This document shows positions 52,288 to 63,531 of a stretch of 64,000 nt of DNA, one piece after another (positions within the stretch are counted from its first letter, which is position 1; every line of letters begins with the position of its first letter). The DNA is from Porphyridium purpureum (taxonomy: Eukaryota), in the NCBI GenBank assembly GCA_008690995.1, contig VRMN01000004.1, forward strand, positions 372,001 to 436,000, in the 5' to 3' direction. A model generated the notes under the pieces. The model searched no databases, had not been told where the DNA came from, and saw only the letters and a list, made by a program, of their open reading frames with translations. Position numbers and translations under genes: made by a program.

Positions 52288-53592
52288 ATGTACGTAGGGA
52301 TTGAGGCAGTCACGATGGATGCCGAACAAGTGGGTTGCGATTCCGCGCCTGCGCAGGGAATGCGATGGGATGTGGAGATTCTCGCGGGCGCCCTGTCGGG
52401 GGCCGTGGGCATTTGCCTCACGCATCCGCTGGACACCTTGCGCGTGCGCATGCAGACCTTCGCGGGACAGAGTGCGCACGCGGATGGCGCGAGCAAGAAT
52501 CTGTTGGCGGAGAATGCATGGAAATCGTGCCAAACACACAGCTTGGGCCTGGCATCGCCGAGGCCGCAGGCGTGCGCAGGTCATGCAACCGGCAGCGGAA
52601 GCACCACCAGCAGCAGCAGCAATTGGGAGATGTACCGGTCGGGATCGGCCAACGGAAGTAATAATGCTGCCGGACATCGGGGCGTAGCAGGCCCAAAGTG
52701 TATACCCGGCGCACAATCAATGTGCATATCCAATGCGCTCAAGCAGTGGAAGGAAGGCGGGTCAATGCACAGCTCGGCGCGGTCGCAAAGGGCTGCTGCA
52801 CTGTCGAGGCCCGTACTGTATCAGGTCAGCTCTGCACAGCCGTCGATTCCAAGGCTTGCGCTTGAGCGTCCGGTACAGAACCCGTATGGATCCGTGATCG
52901 GAGGATTGAGGACGATGCTACAGACCGAGGGCGTGCGTGGTGCATATCGCGGCATTGCGGCTCCGCTCGCGTTCGCGCCGTTGCTGACAATATTTCAGTT
53001 TGCAAGCTATCAAGCTGCGAATGTAGGCTTGAACAGCAGCTTCATGCAGCGCCTCACCACGGTTCAGGTGTCTGAAACAAACAAGGCTTTGGCAGCGGGT
53101 TGCTTTTCTGGATTTGTTCAGTGCTTTGTAAGCACGCCGAGCGAGCTGCTCAAGATCCGTGTCCAGGCCCTTGAAAGGTCTGGAGGAGAATCATCTTTCG
53201 GAGTGTGGAAATGCCTGGTGCAAACGCTGCAAACAGATGGTTTCCGCGGGCTGTTTCGTGGATTCGGTATCAACGCCGCAAGACGGGTACCCGCATTCGG
53301 TATTTACTTCTTTTCCTACGAAGAATTGAAGACGCACAGCGTGCCAACGTTTGTGTCAGGCGGTATGGCTGGGTGCGCTGGGTGGATTGCGACGTATCCA
53401 TTGGACGTGCTCAAGAGCCGAATGCAGTCGTGTCCGGCGCGCAGTACCGTGTGGGAAGTCGTCAGATCTGGGCTTCGCTCCGAAGGCCCGCGCTTTATGT
53501 ATCGAGGTCTCTCTGCCACGTTGATTCGAAGCTTCCCGTTCCACGGCACCATGTTCTGTGTTTATGAGCTCATCAAGAAGGCCGCACTGTAG
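52288..53592 (+). CDS. Mitochondrial carrier (SLC25), carnitine/basic amino-acid carrier-like
   Basis: Three PX[DE]XX[KR]XR motifs: PLDTLRVR, PSELLKIR, PLDVLKSR; long loop after TM1. Confidence 0.9.
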   Translation: MYVGIEAVTMDAEQVGCDSAPAQGMRWDVEILAGALSGAVGICLTHPLDTLRVRMQTFAGQSAHADGASKNLLAENAWKSCQTHSLGLASPRPQACAGHATGSGSTTSSSSNWEMYRSGSANGSNNAAGHRGVAGPKCIPGAQSMCISNALKQWKEGGSMHSSARSQRAAALSRPVLYQVSSAQPSIPRLALERPVQNPYGSVIGGLRTMLQTEGVRGAYRGIAAPLAFAPLLTIFQFASYQAANVGLNSSFMQRLTTVQVSETNKALAAGCFSGFVQCFVSTPSELLKIRVQALERSGGESSFGVWKCLVQTLQTDGFRGLFRGFGINAARRVPAFGIYFFSYEELKTHSVPTFVSGGMAGCAGWIATYPLDVLKSRMQSCPARSTVWEVVRSGLRSEGPRFMYRGLSATLIRSFPFHGTMFCVYELIKKAAL

Positions 53593-53918
53593 ATACCTGC
53601 CAACATTCATGCCTTTCCCTTTATATGTATGTGTAACAGTATGTCGTCCAGCGTGAGAAGTCTTCCTTGATGTCGCTCTCATATGTAAAACAACGCTTAG
53701 TCCTCTCCAGCCTTGTCGCTCCGCATTCCGCCTGGAAAGGATCCCTCACCTCGCGCGCATGAGAGACACGTTGCGGTCCTGCGCTGACTCAGCAGACGCT
53801 GTGACGCTCTTTTCAAGCCAAGGAGCCACGCGCCTTGGCTATGGTTTCTCACTCCAATAGCAAGCGGACGCATATTACCGATCCAAATTAAACGCACATC
53901 GAGATGGGTCGCCAAAGT

Positions 53919-56513
53919 TTACTGACTCGCAGCCATGCACGCCGTGATGGCAACAGTATTCACAATATCTGCCACAGTGGCGCCACGAGAAAGATCGTTG
54001 ATCGGCTTGTTGAGTCCCTGAAGCACGGGGCCGATGGCAAGCGCGCCCGTGGACTGCTGGACGGCCTTGTATGTATTGTTGCCTGTGTTCAGATCCGGAA
54101 ATATGAACACATTCGCCTTGCCAGCAACGGGGTCGTCAAAATGCTTGCGGTGCGCCACGTCGGGGTCCACCGCGGCGTCGTACTGGATGGGTCCGGTCAC
54201 CAGCAGATCAGGCGCGCGCTCTTTGACCAGCCGCGTTGCCTCAGCGACTTTGTCGTGAGAGTCGCTGGTACCAGTCGAGTACGAAAGCATCGCTACGCGC
54301 GGCTCAATACCAAATGCTCGCGTCGTCTCCGCAGACGTCACCGCAATCTGGGCAAGCTGGTCGGCCGTGGGGTTTTCATTGATCGCGCAGTCTCCGTACA
54401 CCAAAATTTTCTTGGGCAAAGCCATAAAGAACACCGAAGAGACAATGCTGATTCCAGGCTTGGTCTTCACGATCCACAGCGCGGGCCGAACGGTGGAGGC
54501 CGTTGTATGAATGGAGCCAGACACCATGCCGTCCGCCTCGTCCAATTCCACCATCAAAGTCCCAAACATGTTCACATCCTCGCGCACGAGCTCTCGCGCA
54601 GTGTCTAGCGTCATGCCTTTCTTCTTGCGCTTTTCATACAGAACCTGTGCGTAGCGCTCCAAACGCTCCGACTCGGCCGGATCTGCAGGATCTATGATCG
54701 TGCATCCCAAGAATACGTCTGCGCTTAGATTATGGTCGTGCGCAATCTGCAACACTTGCTTTCTGTCACCCAGTAAAATCAAGCGTGCCGTTTGATGTTG
54801 AAGCAACTGACCGGCGGCCTGCACGACACGTGGCTCCGTGCCTTCTGGCAACACAATGCGGCGCTGTGCGCTTTTGGCACGCTCCATGAACAAATGCTGG
54901 AAACGCTTCGGAGACAATTCCTGCTTGTCTGCACCTTCATGCGTACTGCTGGAAGGTCGCACTGTAGCAAAACTGCCTTGCCTGCTATCACCAGCCATGC
55001 CACGAAGACTTCGATAAAGGACCTCCTCCACCGCTTTGTCGCTCACAAACTCATCGAACAAGGTCTTTGCGCGCTCCACATTTCGAACGCTATGTGCCGT
55101 CATACTCGGAGACACACGTTGATCGAGCGCATTCACAGTGTCAAAAGTGTCCAGCTCTACGCCAATCACCGGCAGGAGCGGGTGCAGACGAACAAAGCGC
55201 TCATTCCGAACAAGCCCTTGAATGTGAGCGTTGATCGACCGTTGCTTATCGTAGCCCGTGATCACAATGCCGGCCAGTAGACCCTGGTAGTATACACTGC
55301 GGTCAGCAAGCAGCGTACCCAGCACAATATCCACACGATCAGCCGCAGTGACCGGCAGCAAGCGTGGCGAAAAATCCGCTAGTTCTCTCACCGTCACGAC
55401 CCCGTCGCCATCCATGTCAAGCCTCGAGATGATGCGCTCGACGAGTGGCGCGTCTGAGATGCCAACGCGCTTCAAAACCTTGTAAATTGTATCTGTATCA
55501 ATCACCGCAAGCATATCATAACCCAATGACGCGCGCACTTCATGCATGAGCTCGGCGCGCTTCTCAGACATGTCGCGGTACGCTCCGAGATCTGAGTTGT
55601 TCAGCCATGAATCGAGATTCGTGCCCACCACGCGCACATCCTCTTGGTATATTTTACGCTGCAAAAACTCCTCACCACAAAGCACGTGCCCATCAAGCTG
55701 CTGTACCAAATCCATAAGTCGCACAGTTTCCATTTCCCGGTCGTACGGAATGACGCCCATCAACTTGGTCGAAGTGCCGAGCAAGTTGCTGTATATTCGC
55801 GCGGTCAGCTCACGCAGCGCCTGGCGGCCCCTGGCTACGCCCTTGATGATCAGGCCTGCTGGGACGCAATCAAAGCTTCGGAATTGCGCGAGGCACTCAG
55901 CGCACCAAGTGGCGGCGTCGCGTGGACTGAGCGCATTGGAATAGGCGTGTGACGACGAGTTTTGTGAAACGGCCAAGGCATCCATCACCAAAACCATGCG
56001 AGCACTCAGTGCGTTCGCAACCATCGCCGACAGCTCGTGATTCGTGAACTCTGTTGGCAGCAGCGCGCCAAAGCCCTCGATCAGAATGGCGTCTAGTCCG
56101 GGTTGTTTCTGCACAAAACTGCGATACTTTTCGACGACGCGATCGACCAACACATCGACCTGTCCGTTACCCACCAGCTCTCTAGCGTCGCGCTCATCCA
56201 CACCGTCACCGACCTGAGCGCCAAAAATCTCAGCCACCAGCTCTGCGCGCGTATCAGGCGCCAGTGTTGAGACCACTGGGACGACTGGCCGGAAGTACCC
56301 GAGCTTTGTCCAGCTCCTTGCCTGGAGCAAGTTCATCAGCCCAACCACGACAGGCGCGACATTCGCGCTGCGGTTCGCCGGCTGGACGTACACCTGCGCG
56401 GACGCCCAACCCCTGCTGAAACCCACGCGCACAACTCGTTCACCTTGCCGACCATTCCACAAACTTGACGCATTCGCCATGCGCACACAGCGCATCATCG
56501 TGCCCACGTTCAT
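53919..56513 (-). CDS. pta: Long-form phosphate acetyltransferase with EF-hand insertion
   Basis: RIVLPEG.EPR, DGMVSGSIHTT, GDCAIN..P, AMLSYSTG, GPIQYDAA, FIFPDLNTGNNTYK, QGLNKPINDLSRG; BioD-like/DRTGG-like N-terminal half; start uncertain. Confidence 0.92.
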   Translation of the reverse strand: MNVGTMMRCVRMANASSLWNGRQGERVVRVGFSRGWASAQVYVQPANRSANVAPVVVGLMNLLQARSWTKLGYFRPVVPVVSTLAPDTRAELVAEIFGAQVGDGVDERDARELVGNGQVDVLVDRVVEKYRSFVQKQPGLDAILIEGFGALLPTEFTNHELSAMVANALSARMVLVMDALAVSQNSSSHAYSNALSPRDAATWCAECLAQFRSFDCVPAGLIIKGVARGRQALRELTARIYSNLLGTSTKLMGVIPYDREMETVRLMDLVQQLDGHVLCGEEFLQRKIYQEDVRVVGTNLDSWLNNSDLGAYRDMSEKRAELMHEVRASLGYDMLAVIDTDTIYKVLKRVGISDAPLVERIISRLDMDGDGVVTVRELADFSPRLLPVTAADRVDIVLGTLLADRSVYYQGLLAGIVITGYDKQRSINAHIQGLVRNERFVRLHPLLPVIGVELDTFDTVNALDQRVSPSMTAHSVRNVERAKTLFDEFVSDKAVEEVLYRSLRGMAGDSRQGSFATVRPSSSTHEGADKQELSPKRFQHLFMERAKSAQRRIVLPEGTEPRVVQAAGQLLQHQTARLILLGDRKQVLQIAHDHNLSADVFLGCTIIDPADPAESERLERYAQVLYEKRKKKGMTLDTARELVREDVNMFGTLMVELDEADGMVSGSIHTTASTVRPALWIVKTKPGISIVSSVFFMALPKKILVYGDCAINENPTADQLAQIAVTSAETTRAFGIEPRVAMLSYSTGTSDSHDKVAEATRLVKERAPDLLVTGPIQYDAAVDPDVAHRKHFDDPVAGKANVFIFPDLNTGNNTYKAVQQSTGALAIGPVLQGLNKPINDLSRGATVADIVNTVAITACMAASQ

Positions 56514-57109
56514 CCTGCTCCGCACCAACACATCCACTCACTCATACCCCGTGCTCAGGCGAACCGAAGATCGCCAACGTCTATTCTCATTCCACAGTTA
56601 CCCGCATCGACCTGTCCGCCTCCTGCTGCGGTTCCTCCTGCTGCTGCTCCTTCACCACGCGCTCCTATCCATCCATACCCAACATCACCATCGCCTTCGG
56701 TCTCCCACGTCCTGTCTCCCTCCCCCGTTCCGCTCGACGCATCAAATCCAAATCCGCTTCCAGCTAGGATAATGCCCCATCACATTTCAATCACAGAACA
56801 GCACACACAGTACTCTCACATTCTTTTGCCATCCCTATACTTTAACCATAGAACGGCATTATTTTGGAAGGTATGAAATGATGTGTACAGCTGACATCGA
56901 GGGTGTACTCCATGAGAGTACAGTGCTGTCTTCCCACGAACCCTAAAACCGCCATTTGCAGAAACCCTAGATTGTGGTTAGAAATCTCAGTTTTTTAACG
57001 CGATACGTTTTTGATTTTTAAGAATGCTTGACGCTGAAGGCGAAGCTGGTGAGGAGAGAGAGGGAGAGAGCGAGAGAGAGCGGAAGGGAGGATTACGATT
57101 GGCGCCGTG

Positions 57110-59047
57110 ATGTTGGATCTGTTTGTGATTTTCGATCGGTACGGGCGGGTGCTGTTTCGAGCACGGCTGCAGGATCTTCATGTTCCAATTGCTTGCGTGG
57201 ACGCGCTGATTCGTGATGTGCTGCTGCAGGAAAAGGCGGCGCAGTCCACCTACACGTCTGGTGCCACGTGCATGCAGTGGCTGCTCGTGAATGAGTTCGA
57301 TCTCGTGCTGGTCGCAGGATACCCCAAATTGCTCCCGCCGCGTTACGTGCCAGCGCTGTTTGAACGCGTGCGCGACGACTTTCTCGCAATGTATGACTCG
57401 GTGTTGCGCGCGCCGTGTGACTCGCGGGATACGCTTGACGCCACTGGCTTTGAAAAAGTGTTTCGAAAGCTGTACCGCAGTGCAGAGGAGGAGCTTTTGG
57501 CACCAAGCGTGGTGGCTTCTCGCACCACGTCGTCCATGAAACCGGCGTCGAAAGAGGGTGTCACGAGCAAGAAATCGCAGACGAAGCACCAAGAGTCAAA
57601 GTCATCAGGTGCCTCGGAAAAGGCACGCGAGGAGCCGCATGCATCACAAGGCGAGCAACCTGCGACAAGCGCGAGCTCAGAACAAGCCACAGAGTCCGTG
57701 CCGGAATTGACGGAAGAGCAGATTCTGGAGAATCGACGAAAATTGCTTTCAAAAAAAGTGGGAGGGAAGAAAAAGCCTTCGGCCCAGAGCAAGAGCAAGC
57801 GCGTCGATGGTTCCAAGCCAGAAGACAACGACACCGTTCAGGTTGCCGAGGACAAACCGTTGAAGCTTGATTATAGTGACCACGCCGGTGAGGATGCCGG
57901 CGTGGACCGCGCTGTTTCTGCGCAGGAGGTGAAAGCCGTGCGCGATAAATTCCTGCTCGGCGAAGTCAACGAGGCGTATGACATCATTCAGCGCTCGGAT
58001 GATGAGGACGACGAAAGCGCGCAGAGTGACGGTGACGAGGATGAGGAGAATGATGCCGATGACGCGGTTGTTCCGCGTGCAGGAGCAGCTCCCGCCGCGA
58101 AGAAGGCGTCCTCGTCTTCTTCATCGATGCTTTCATTCTGGAAACGTTTGACTGGGCAGAGCAGTCTGAGCAAAGAAGACTTAGAACCGGTTCTCCAGCA
58201 ATTTAAGACGACCTTGATTGGTAAGAACGTGGCACAGAATATTGCGGAAAAGATTGTGCAGTCGGTAGGTGCCTCGGTGGAAGGAAAGCGGCTGGAATCG
58301 ATGAAAAGCGTGAAGAGTGCGGTGCGCGAGGCGCTTCATGATGCTCTGACGCGGCTTCTGACGCCAAAGCAAAGCACAGAGGTACTTGCTGATATTGAGA
58401 AGGTGAATGCGATCGAGCGGCGCCCGTTTGTTATCGTGGTTTGTGGTGTAAACGGTGTGGGTAAGTCCACGTCGCTCGCAAAAACGTGCTTCTACCTCCA
58501 GAAGCACGGCAAAAAGGTGCTCATTGCTGCATGTGATACGTTTCGCGCGGGTGCCGTCGAGCAACTGAAAACACATGCGGCGTGCTTGAATGTTGAACTT
58601 TACCACCAGGGATACGGCAAGGACGCTGCGACAGTGGCGAAGGAGGCTGTGCGTCGGGGAACCGAAATTGGTGTCGACGTGGTACTGGTAGACACCGCCG
58701 GCCGCATGCAGCACAACGAGCCGCTGATGCGTGCCCTGGCAAAACTTGTTTCTGTGAACCAGCCTGACCGAATTTTCTTCGTCGGCGAGGCCTTGGTTGG
58801 CAACGATGCAGTAGACCAGCTGAGCAGCTTTAACAAGGCTCTCATGGATTTCCAGAAAGTACCAAACCCGCGTCTCATTGACGGCATCATTCTCACCAAA
58901 TTTGACACGATTGACGATAAGGTGGGTGCGGCTGTGTCCATGGTGTACACCACGGGGCAGCCCATAGTCTTTGTAGGTGTCGGACAAACGTACTATGATC
59001 TGCGAAAAGTGTCTACGTCTGTGCTCGTCAACGCCTTGTTGCGATAG
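57110..59047 (+). CDS. SRPRA: Signal recognition particle receptor alpha
   Basis: SRX/longin N-terminus MLDLFVIF..G.VLF; GVNGVGKSTSLAK, DTFRAGAVEQL, DTAGRMQ, TKFDTIDDKVG. Confidence 0.95.
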   Translation: MLDLFVIFDRYGRVLFRARLQDLHVPIACVDALIRDVLLQEKAAQSTYTSGATCMQWLLVNEFDLVLVAGYPKLLPPRYVPALFERVRDDFLAMYDSVLRAPCDSRDTLDATGFEKVFRKLYRSAEEELLAPSVVASRTTSSMKPASKEGVTSKKSQTKHQESKSSGASEKAREEPHASQGEQPATSASSEQATESVPELTEEQILENRRKLLSKKVGGKKKPSAQSKSKRVDGSKPEDNDTVQVAEDKPLKLDYSDHAGEDAGVDRAVSAQEVKAVRDKFLLGEVNEAYDIIQRSDDEDDESAQSDGDEDEENDADDAVVPRAGAAPAAKKASSSSSSMLSFWKRLTGQSSLSKEDLEPVLQQFKTTLIGKNVAQNIAEKIVQSVGASVEGKRLESMKSVKSAVREALHDALTRLLTPKQSTEVLADIEKVNAIERRPFVIVVCGVNGVGKSTSLAKTCFYLQKHGKKVLIAACDTFRAGAVEQLKTHAACLNVELYHQGYGKDAATVAKEAVRRGTEIGVDVVLVDTAGRMQHNEPLMRALAKLVSVNQPDRIFFVGEALVGNDAVDQLSSFNKALMDFQKVPNPRLIDGIILTKFDTIDDKVGAAVSMVYTTGQPIVFVGVGQTYYDLRKVSTSVLVNALLR

Positions 59048-59168
59048 TCGTTTGCAAACCACCATTTGGAAAGCACGTGAATGTCGATTGTTTTCTCGTG
59101 TTCTTTGTCGGTAGAGGCCTATTGTACAACATACATTTACATCTTGTGGGCTTCTTTGATTTTCCTCA

Positions 59169-60137
59169 CTATGCTTTTTCGAGCTTGACTCGCCTCTTCT
59201 CCAGCTTTATTTTCTTCCGTTCCTTTTTCTTCTCTGCAGACTGTTCGTCCGACGAAGCGCCGCTCTCCTTATCTGACTTGCCCTTTCGCTTGCGTGACTC
59301 TTTTTTGGCCTTTCGCTTGGTATCGGCCATGCCGCCCAATGCATCGCCAATGACAATGGAATCACGCAAGGCCTGCAGGGCAAGCGGTTCGCCCTTCAAT
59401 ACCACGGGGAAATCATCAACAATAGCCGACCCGTCCGATTCTTGTTCCGCCGCGCCTTCTTGCGGCCCTTGCGCGGCTTGGTCATCCGCTCCTACATCTG
59501 CATGGCCACGCTCACTTAAAACCTTATCTAGCTGTGCATGAATCAGAATGATGCCGTTCTCCACGCCCTGCAGACCAGCCACTCTTAACGAAACACGACT
59601 ACCTACACCAATTTCTTGAACTCCTTCAGCCGAGTTTGTGCCTTCCCACACGCCCGAATGCCGTTCATCCGTCTGTAGGGAGGGAGGTCGAAGCGCTGCA
59701 TCTAGGCTTGCTTCTGCATCCGCCACCTCCAGCGACCGATAGCTATAGCCTGGTGCACCGCGCAGCATGAGCACCGCGCGGAAAATGCGAAACACGCGCA
59801 CATTCAGATGGTCTGGAGTCACCTCGAGCACCACACCGGGCACGCAATGATCAACACGCGGAGCAAACAGTAACACGCGCATCGCCACGGTCACTTGGAT
59901 CATGGCATGCTCCATGGACGCCTCGCCGACGTCTTCCACACGTACGTCGCGGCATCCGAGCAACACCCCGCCTAGCGCAGGCACAAACTGAAGCAGTCTT
60001 GGACGCACGAGCGCTCGCTCCAGCGCGCGCGCGCCAACGCCAATCGCGCGCGGCGTCAACAAGCAGTGAATCCGCGCATCCACTTCTTCCCACATCGTGT
60101 CGCCGCCGCCTTCTTCGCCATCGCCGCGACGCACCAT
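59169..60137 (-). CDS. RPA43: RNA polymerase I subunit A43-like
   Basis: LL.F...LGGVLL, RPB7-like tip plus OB fold (LFAP.....GVV..V.PDHL.V.VF.IF.A), Lys-rich tail. Confidence 0.7.
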   Translation of the reverse strand: MVRRGDGEEGGGDTMWEEVDARIHCLLTPRAIGVGARALERALVRPRLLQFVPALGGVLLGCRDVRVEDVGEASMEHAMIQVTVAMRVLLFAPRVDHCVPGVVLEVTPDHLNVRVFRIFRAVLMLRGAPGYSYRSLEVADAEASLDAALRPPSLQTDERHSGVWEGTNSAEGVQEIGVGSRVSLRVAGLQGVENGIILIHAQLDKVLSERGHADVGADDQAAQGPQEGAAEQESDGSAIVDDFPVVLKGEPLALQALRDSIVIGDALGGMADTKRKAKKESRKRKGKSDKESGASSDEQSAEKKKERKKIKLEKRRVKLEKA

Positions 60138-60503
60138 GTCCGCTACCGTCCGCGCTGAACGGTTCACCGCGAAAACGCCAGTTGAACCAAATAGCCGATA
60201 AACCGCTACTTTTGGAGGTGCATGCTGTACACCCACTGTACATCTAGAGCACGGACGCGATTGGTGCGAAGTGGCCGGGATACCTACGGCACAAGACATT
60301 GTGTGCGCGCGACGAACGAGCGTATGGACCTCGGTGTCTGAGGAGCATTGGCATCGCGCAACAGCGACCAGATCATGTGGAATCGCAAGATGTGGAAAAC
60401 ACGCCAGACACTGTTTTTTTCTTCTAAAATGCAGCTATGATTCGCCGAGACAGCGGATCTGAAGCATGTGAACTGCTTTGGGGGCGCCGACCTTTGGAAG
60501 ACG

Positions 60504-60794
60504 TCATGTTCTAGTCGCAACCAATTGAGCGCACTGCATGCGCTTCGGCTTCTCTTGGAATGATTTTGATGTCGATAATGAGCTGTCTTCGGCATCGCAT
60601 GCCGCAACGTCCTCGTCTTCCTCGAAAATGGTGGGCACAGAAGGCGAGAATTTCGGGGGCTTCAAGTAGTCCAGGCTCCCATCTGGCATTTTGTCCAAGA
60701 CACGGAATCTGATTTCAAACATGGCTGCAGTGCTCGCGACAATATGCGCATAGTCCATGACCTTCTTTCTCACATGAGGGCTTCGTGTTCGCAT
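60504..60794 (-). CDS. Small hypothetical protein, paralog of the 62030 ORF
   Basis: FEIRFRVLDKMPDGSL..KPP.F.PSVPTIFEEDED. Confidence 0.6.
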   Translation of the reverse strand: MRTRSPHVRKKVMDYAHIVASTAAMFEIRFRVLDKMPDGSLDYLKPPKFSPSVPTIFEEDEDVAACDAEDSSLSTSKSFQEKPKRMQCAQLVATRT

Positions 60795-62029
60795 TGTGCC
60801 GCTGCCGCTTGAGTCCGGCATCAACAAAACAAGAATATCTTGTGCCCGCTTGCGCGCCGCATGCCTACAAATATCCTCAGTCTTGTCCTTCTCCAGAGCT
60901 CCTGTGCACAGTCACTCACCCAATCTGACCACACCAGGAGTGCCAGGAACCACGCATAGACGACTTACGTCGCACTCGAAGATTCCGCAAGGAGCGCTTG
61001 AAATTGTCGACTGTGCAGACGGGGTTGAAGACGCTCTACACATTGACGAGCGCATGCTCGTAAAGTTTACAGCACATGATTTCTGCGTGGCAGCAAGTAA
61101 AACAGATTTTTGGTCCGCTGCCCATGTCCGTCCTATCCTAGCACCTGTGCCCCTTTCGTCTTCCTGGAATACCCGCCATCCTGCCGATAAGCTCGCGGAG
61201 GATCAAGCTCGATGTTGTCACGCATCAAAACTACGCACGATGACCTCGAGGAAACTGTTCCCATCACGAGCCATGTCAGTGCCCCACATGCTGACTCAAA
61301 CGTCCGAATCAACATGCTGCCGTCCTGCGCGAGCTGTCGAAGGGCTCGATACCGAGCTTTGAATTTGCGTAGACCGACGTGCCGATTGGACGAGGAATTT
61401 GGTTATGGCATCGGTGCACCCGCCGCGCCCTCTAAGCCGCTGTTGTTGAGCGCGTCAAAAATCTCCAGATCCTCGTGGAGCAGGGTGCACGTCAACAGCG
61501 ACCGCCGGCGCAAAGCCTATATCCGCGGTGCTCCCGCTCTCACACTGAATCGTTTTTGGACAACGTAGTAATGCATGCGCTCGTCATGTTCGAAATCTAA
61601 ATCTGAGATCAAGCTCTGTGACAGGCGGTTGCGTCATCCTCTTCGCTCGGCTGGTGTAACTCGTGTGCTGATTGTTTTCAAATGGAAGCACAATACGGCA
61701 GAGGAACGACACGGATTGGCGGGCGGGCAATGACGGCGCTCAACAAGACGCCGATGACCTCAACGCGTCGTTCTGCTTTCGTGCGCAAAGCCAACGCACT
61801 GATGTAGTTTCGTGGCGACGCTGGATCAGCACGTCTGACAGGTGGTGCGCACATCGATACCGGGTGAGCAAGTGGCCATGACAATAGCGGTAAGACGCCT
61901 GACACGTCGACCTCACTTCGGCGCTTATAAGCAGGCTGCCGGTTTGCACCCTTCCCATCTTCCTTGAGACTCTTCCCCAACTTGAAACGTTGTAGAGAAG
62001 ACAACCAGTGCCAAGAAGCTCGTCTCAAC

Positions 62030-62275
62030 ATGCATTCGGCCCACTTTGAGATCAAATTCCATGTGTTGGACCGCATGCCGGAGGACAGTCTTACCCTTTC
62101 AAGACCAAGAGTGTACGTGCCTTCGCTGGAAACTATTGTGGAAGAAGATGAGGACATTGAGGACACTACCTCTAGCGCCGCACAGGCCGACGAGGGCTGC
62201 AAGCACCACATCTCGCTCTCGTCAGAGACGGACTCACAAAGGTCCCTGTGCTCGCAAACATCAGCCGCAAGTTAA
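62030..62275 (+). CDS. Small hypothetical protein, paralog of the 60504 ORF
   Basis: FEIKFHVLDRMPEDSL..RP..Y.PSLETIVEEDED. Confidence 0.6.
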   Translation: MHSAHFEIKFHVLDRMPEDSLTLSRPRVYVPSLETIVEEDEDIEDTTSSAAQADEGCKHHISLSSETDSQRSLCSQTSAAS

Positions 62276-63531
62276 TGAATCATTCATCGAGTCGCGTGAG
62301 GCTCCCGTTTGATACACTGATTTATCTTCTAGCGTAATAATGCGTTTTGTCAATACATAAAAGGAGGAAGAAACTAGGTGAGTCGCGTTCCGGTGCGAGG
62401 AGCCAGCGCTGCATCGGTACAGCCTATCAATTTCCAATTCCACCTCCCGACGGCCTTCAAAAAACTTGGTGAGCACTTCATCCGCCTGCTTTGGTGCATG
62501 TATGTCGCCATCGTAATTCAGTTGCAAGTGCGCACTTGGAGCCGGAGCGTCGGTCCTCCTTGGGACACAGAAAAAGCAGCTGACGTGATCTAACGCCACC
62601 TCAACATTGACCAACTGCTCGTGTGCACCCGAAATCAGAGAAACGTATTACGGCGAGACCTAAAATCAATTCTCCAGCATGGGAGTGTAGTAGAAGCCAA
62701 GCTTGGACCGCGGACGGGTTTTGCCGTATCCAAACGCATTGCCTTGACGTCCACCATCGAAAACTGAGGAGAGCCTTTCAAGCACACTGTTCTCCTTCGC
62801 CGGGCACGCTTTGAGCGCTGGAACGGGAAAAATTGATGCAGTGCACGTGAATGTAGACCGGGTGCATCGAATTACACGTTTTCCTGGGTTTCGATATCCC
62901 AGTTCTCTTTTCCCTCCTGTCTTTGCCCAACTCCTTCATGATTCCAAACATACGACCACGTAAACGCCATCGGATCACACAGGGTGGCCACAGACCTGCG
63001 CATCGTTTCGGTGTAGTCGCACGTCACTTGGATACGTCTCGCTGCGTCGAGACTTAGCAAGCCACGGGTTGCATCGATCGATGGCGCACACCCTTCACGC
63101 AGTGCGCCAAATAGTTCCACGATGTTTGCTTTGTTTAACATGCGGAGCTCCTTGCTCAGTGATACTTGGTGCATCTTCAAAGTTGTCGTGAAGTGCACAT
63201 GGTACGTCGACTTGCCACAATTCCCCCGCCCCGACAATTGGAAGAACCCGGACACAATCGTTTTCCATCCTGTACAGTGGACACTGAGAAACAACACAAG
63301 CTCCGCATGAACAACATCAACACGGTTGCCAGCGTCCGCATCCCAGCCCAACATCTCGCGTACATCCTTGGCAAACTGTTGTCCACAAACTCTTATTCCG
63401 ATGATCAAATCCCACGCCTTCACCGCCATCGAACGAAGTGCGGATGGCGACCGCAGCAAACCCATCACATCATCGCGCGTGTGTGCGTGCGCATCCTTCT
63501 GCACACGAGTTTCGGGGATCCAGCTCAACAC
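62261..63531 (-). pseudogene. Possible fragmented gene of unknown family
   Basis: Three successive minus-strand ORFs in different frames (62872-63531, 62778-62978, 62261-62614) with protein-like composition; family not recognised. Confidence 0.25.
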
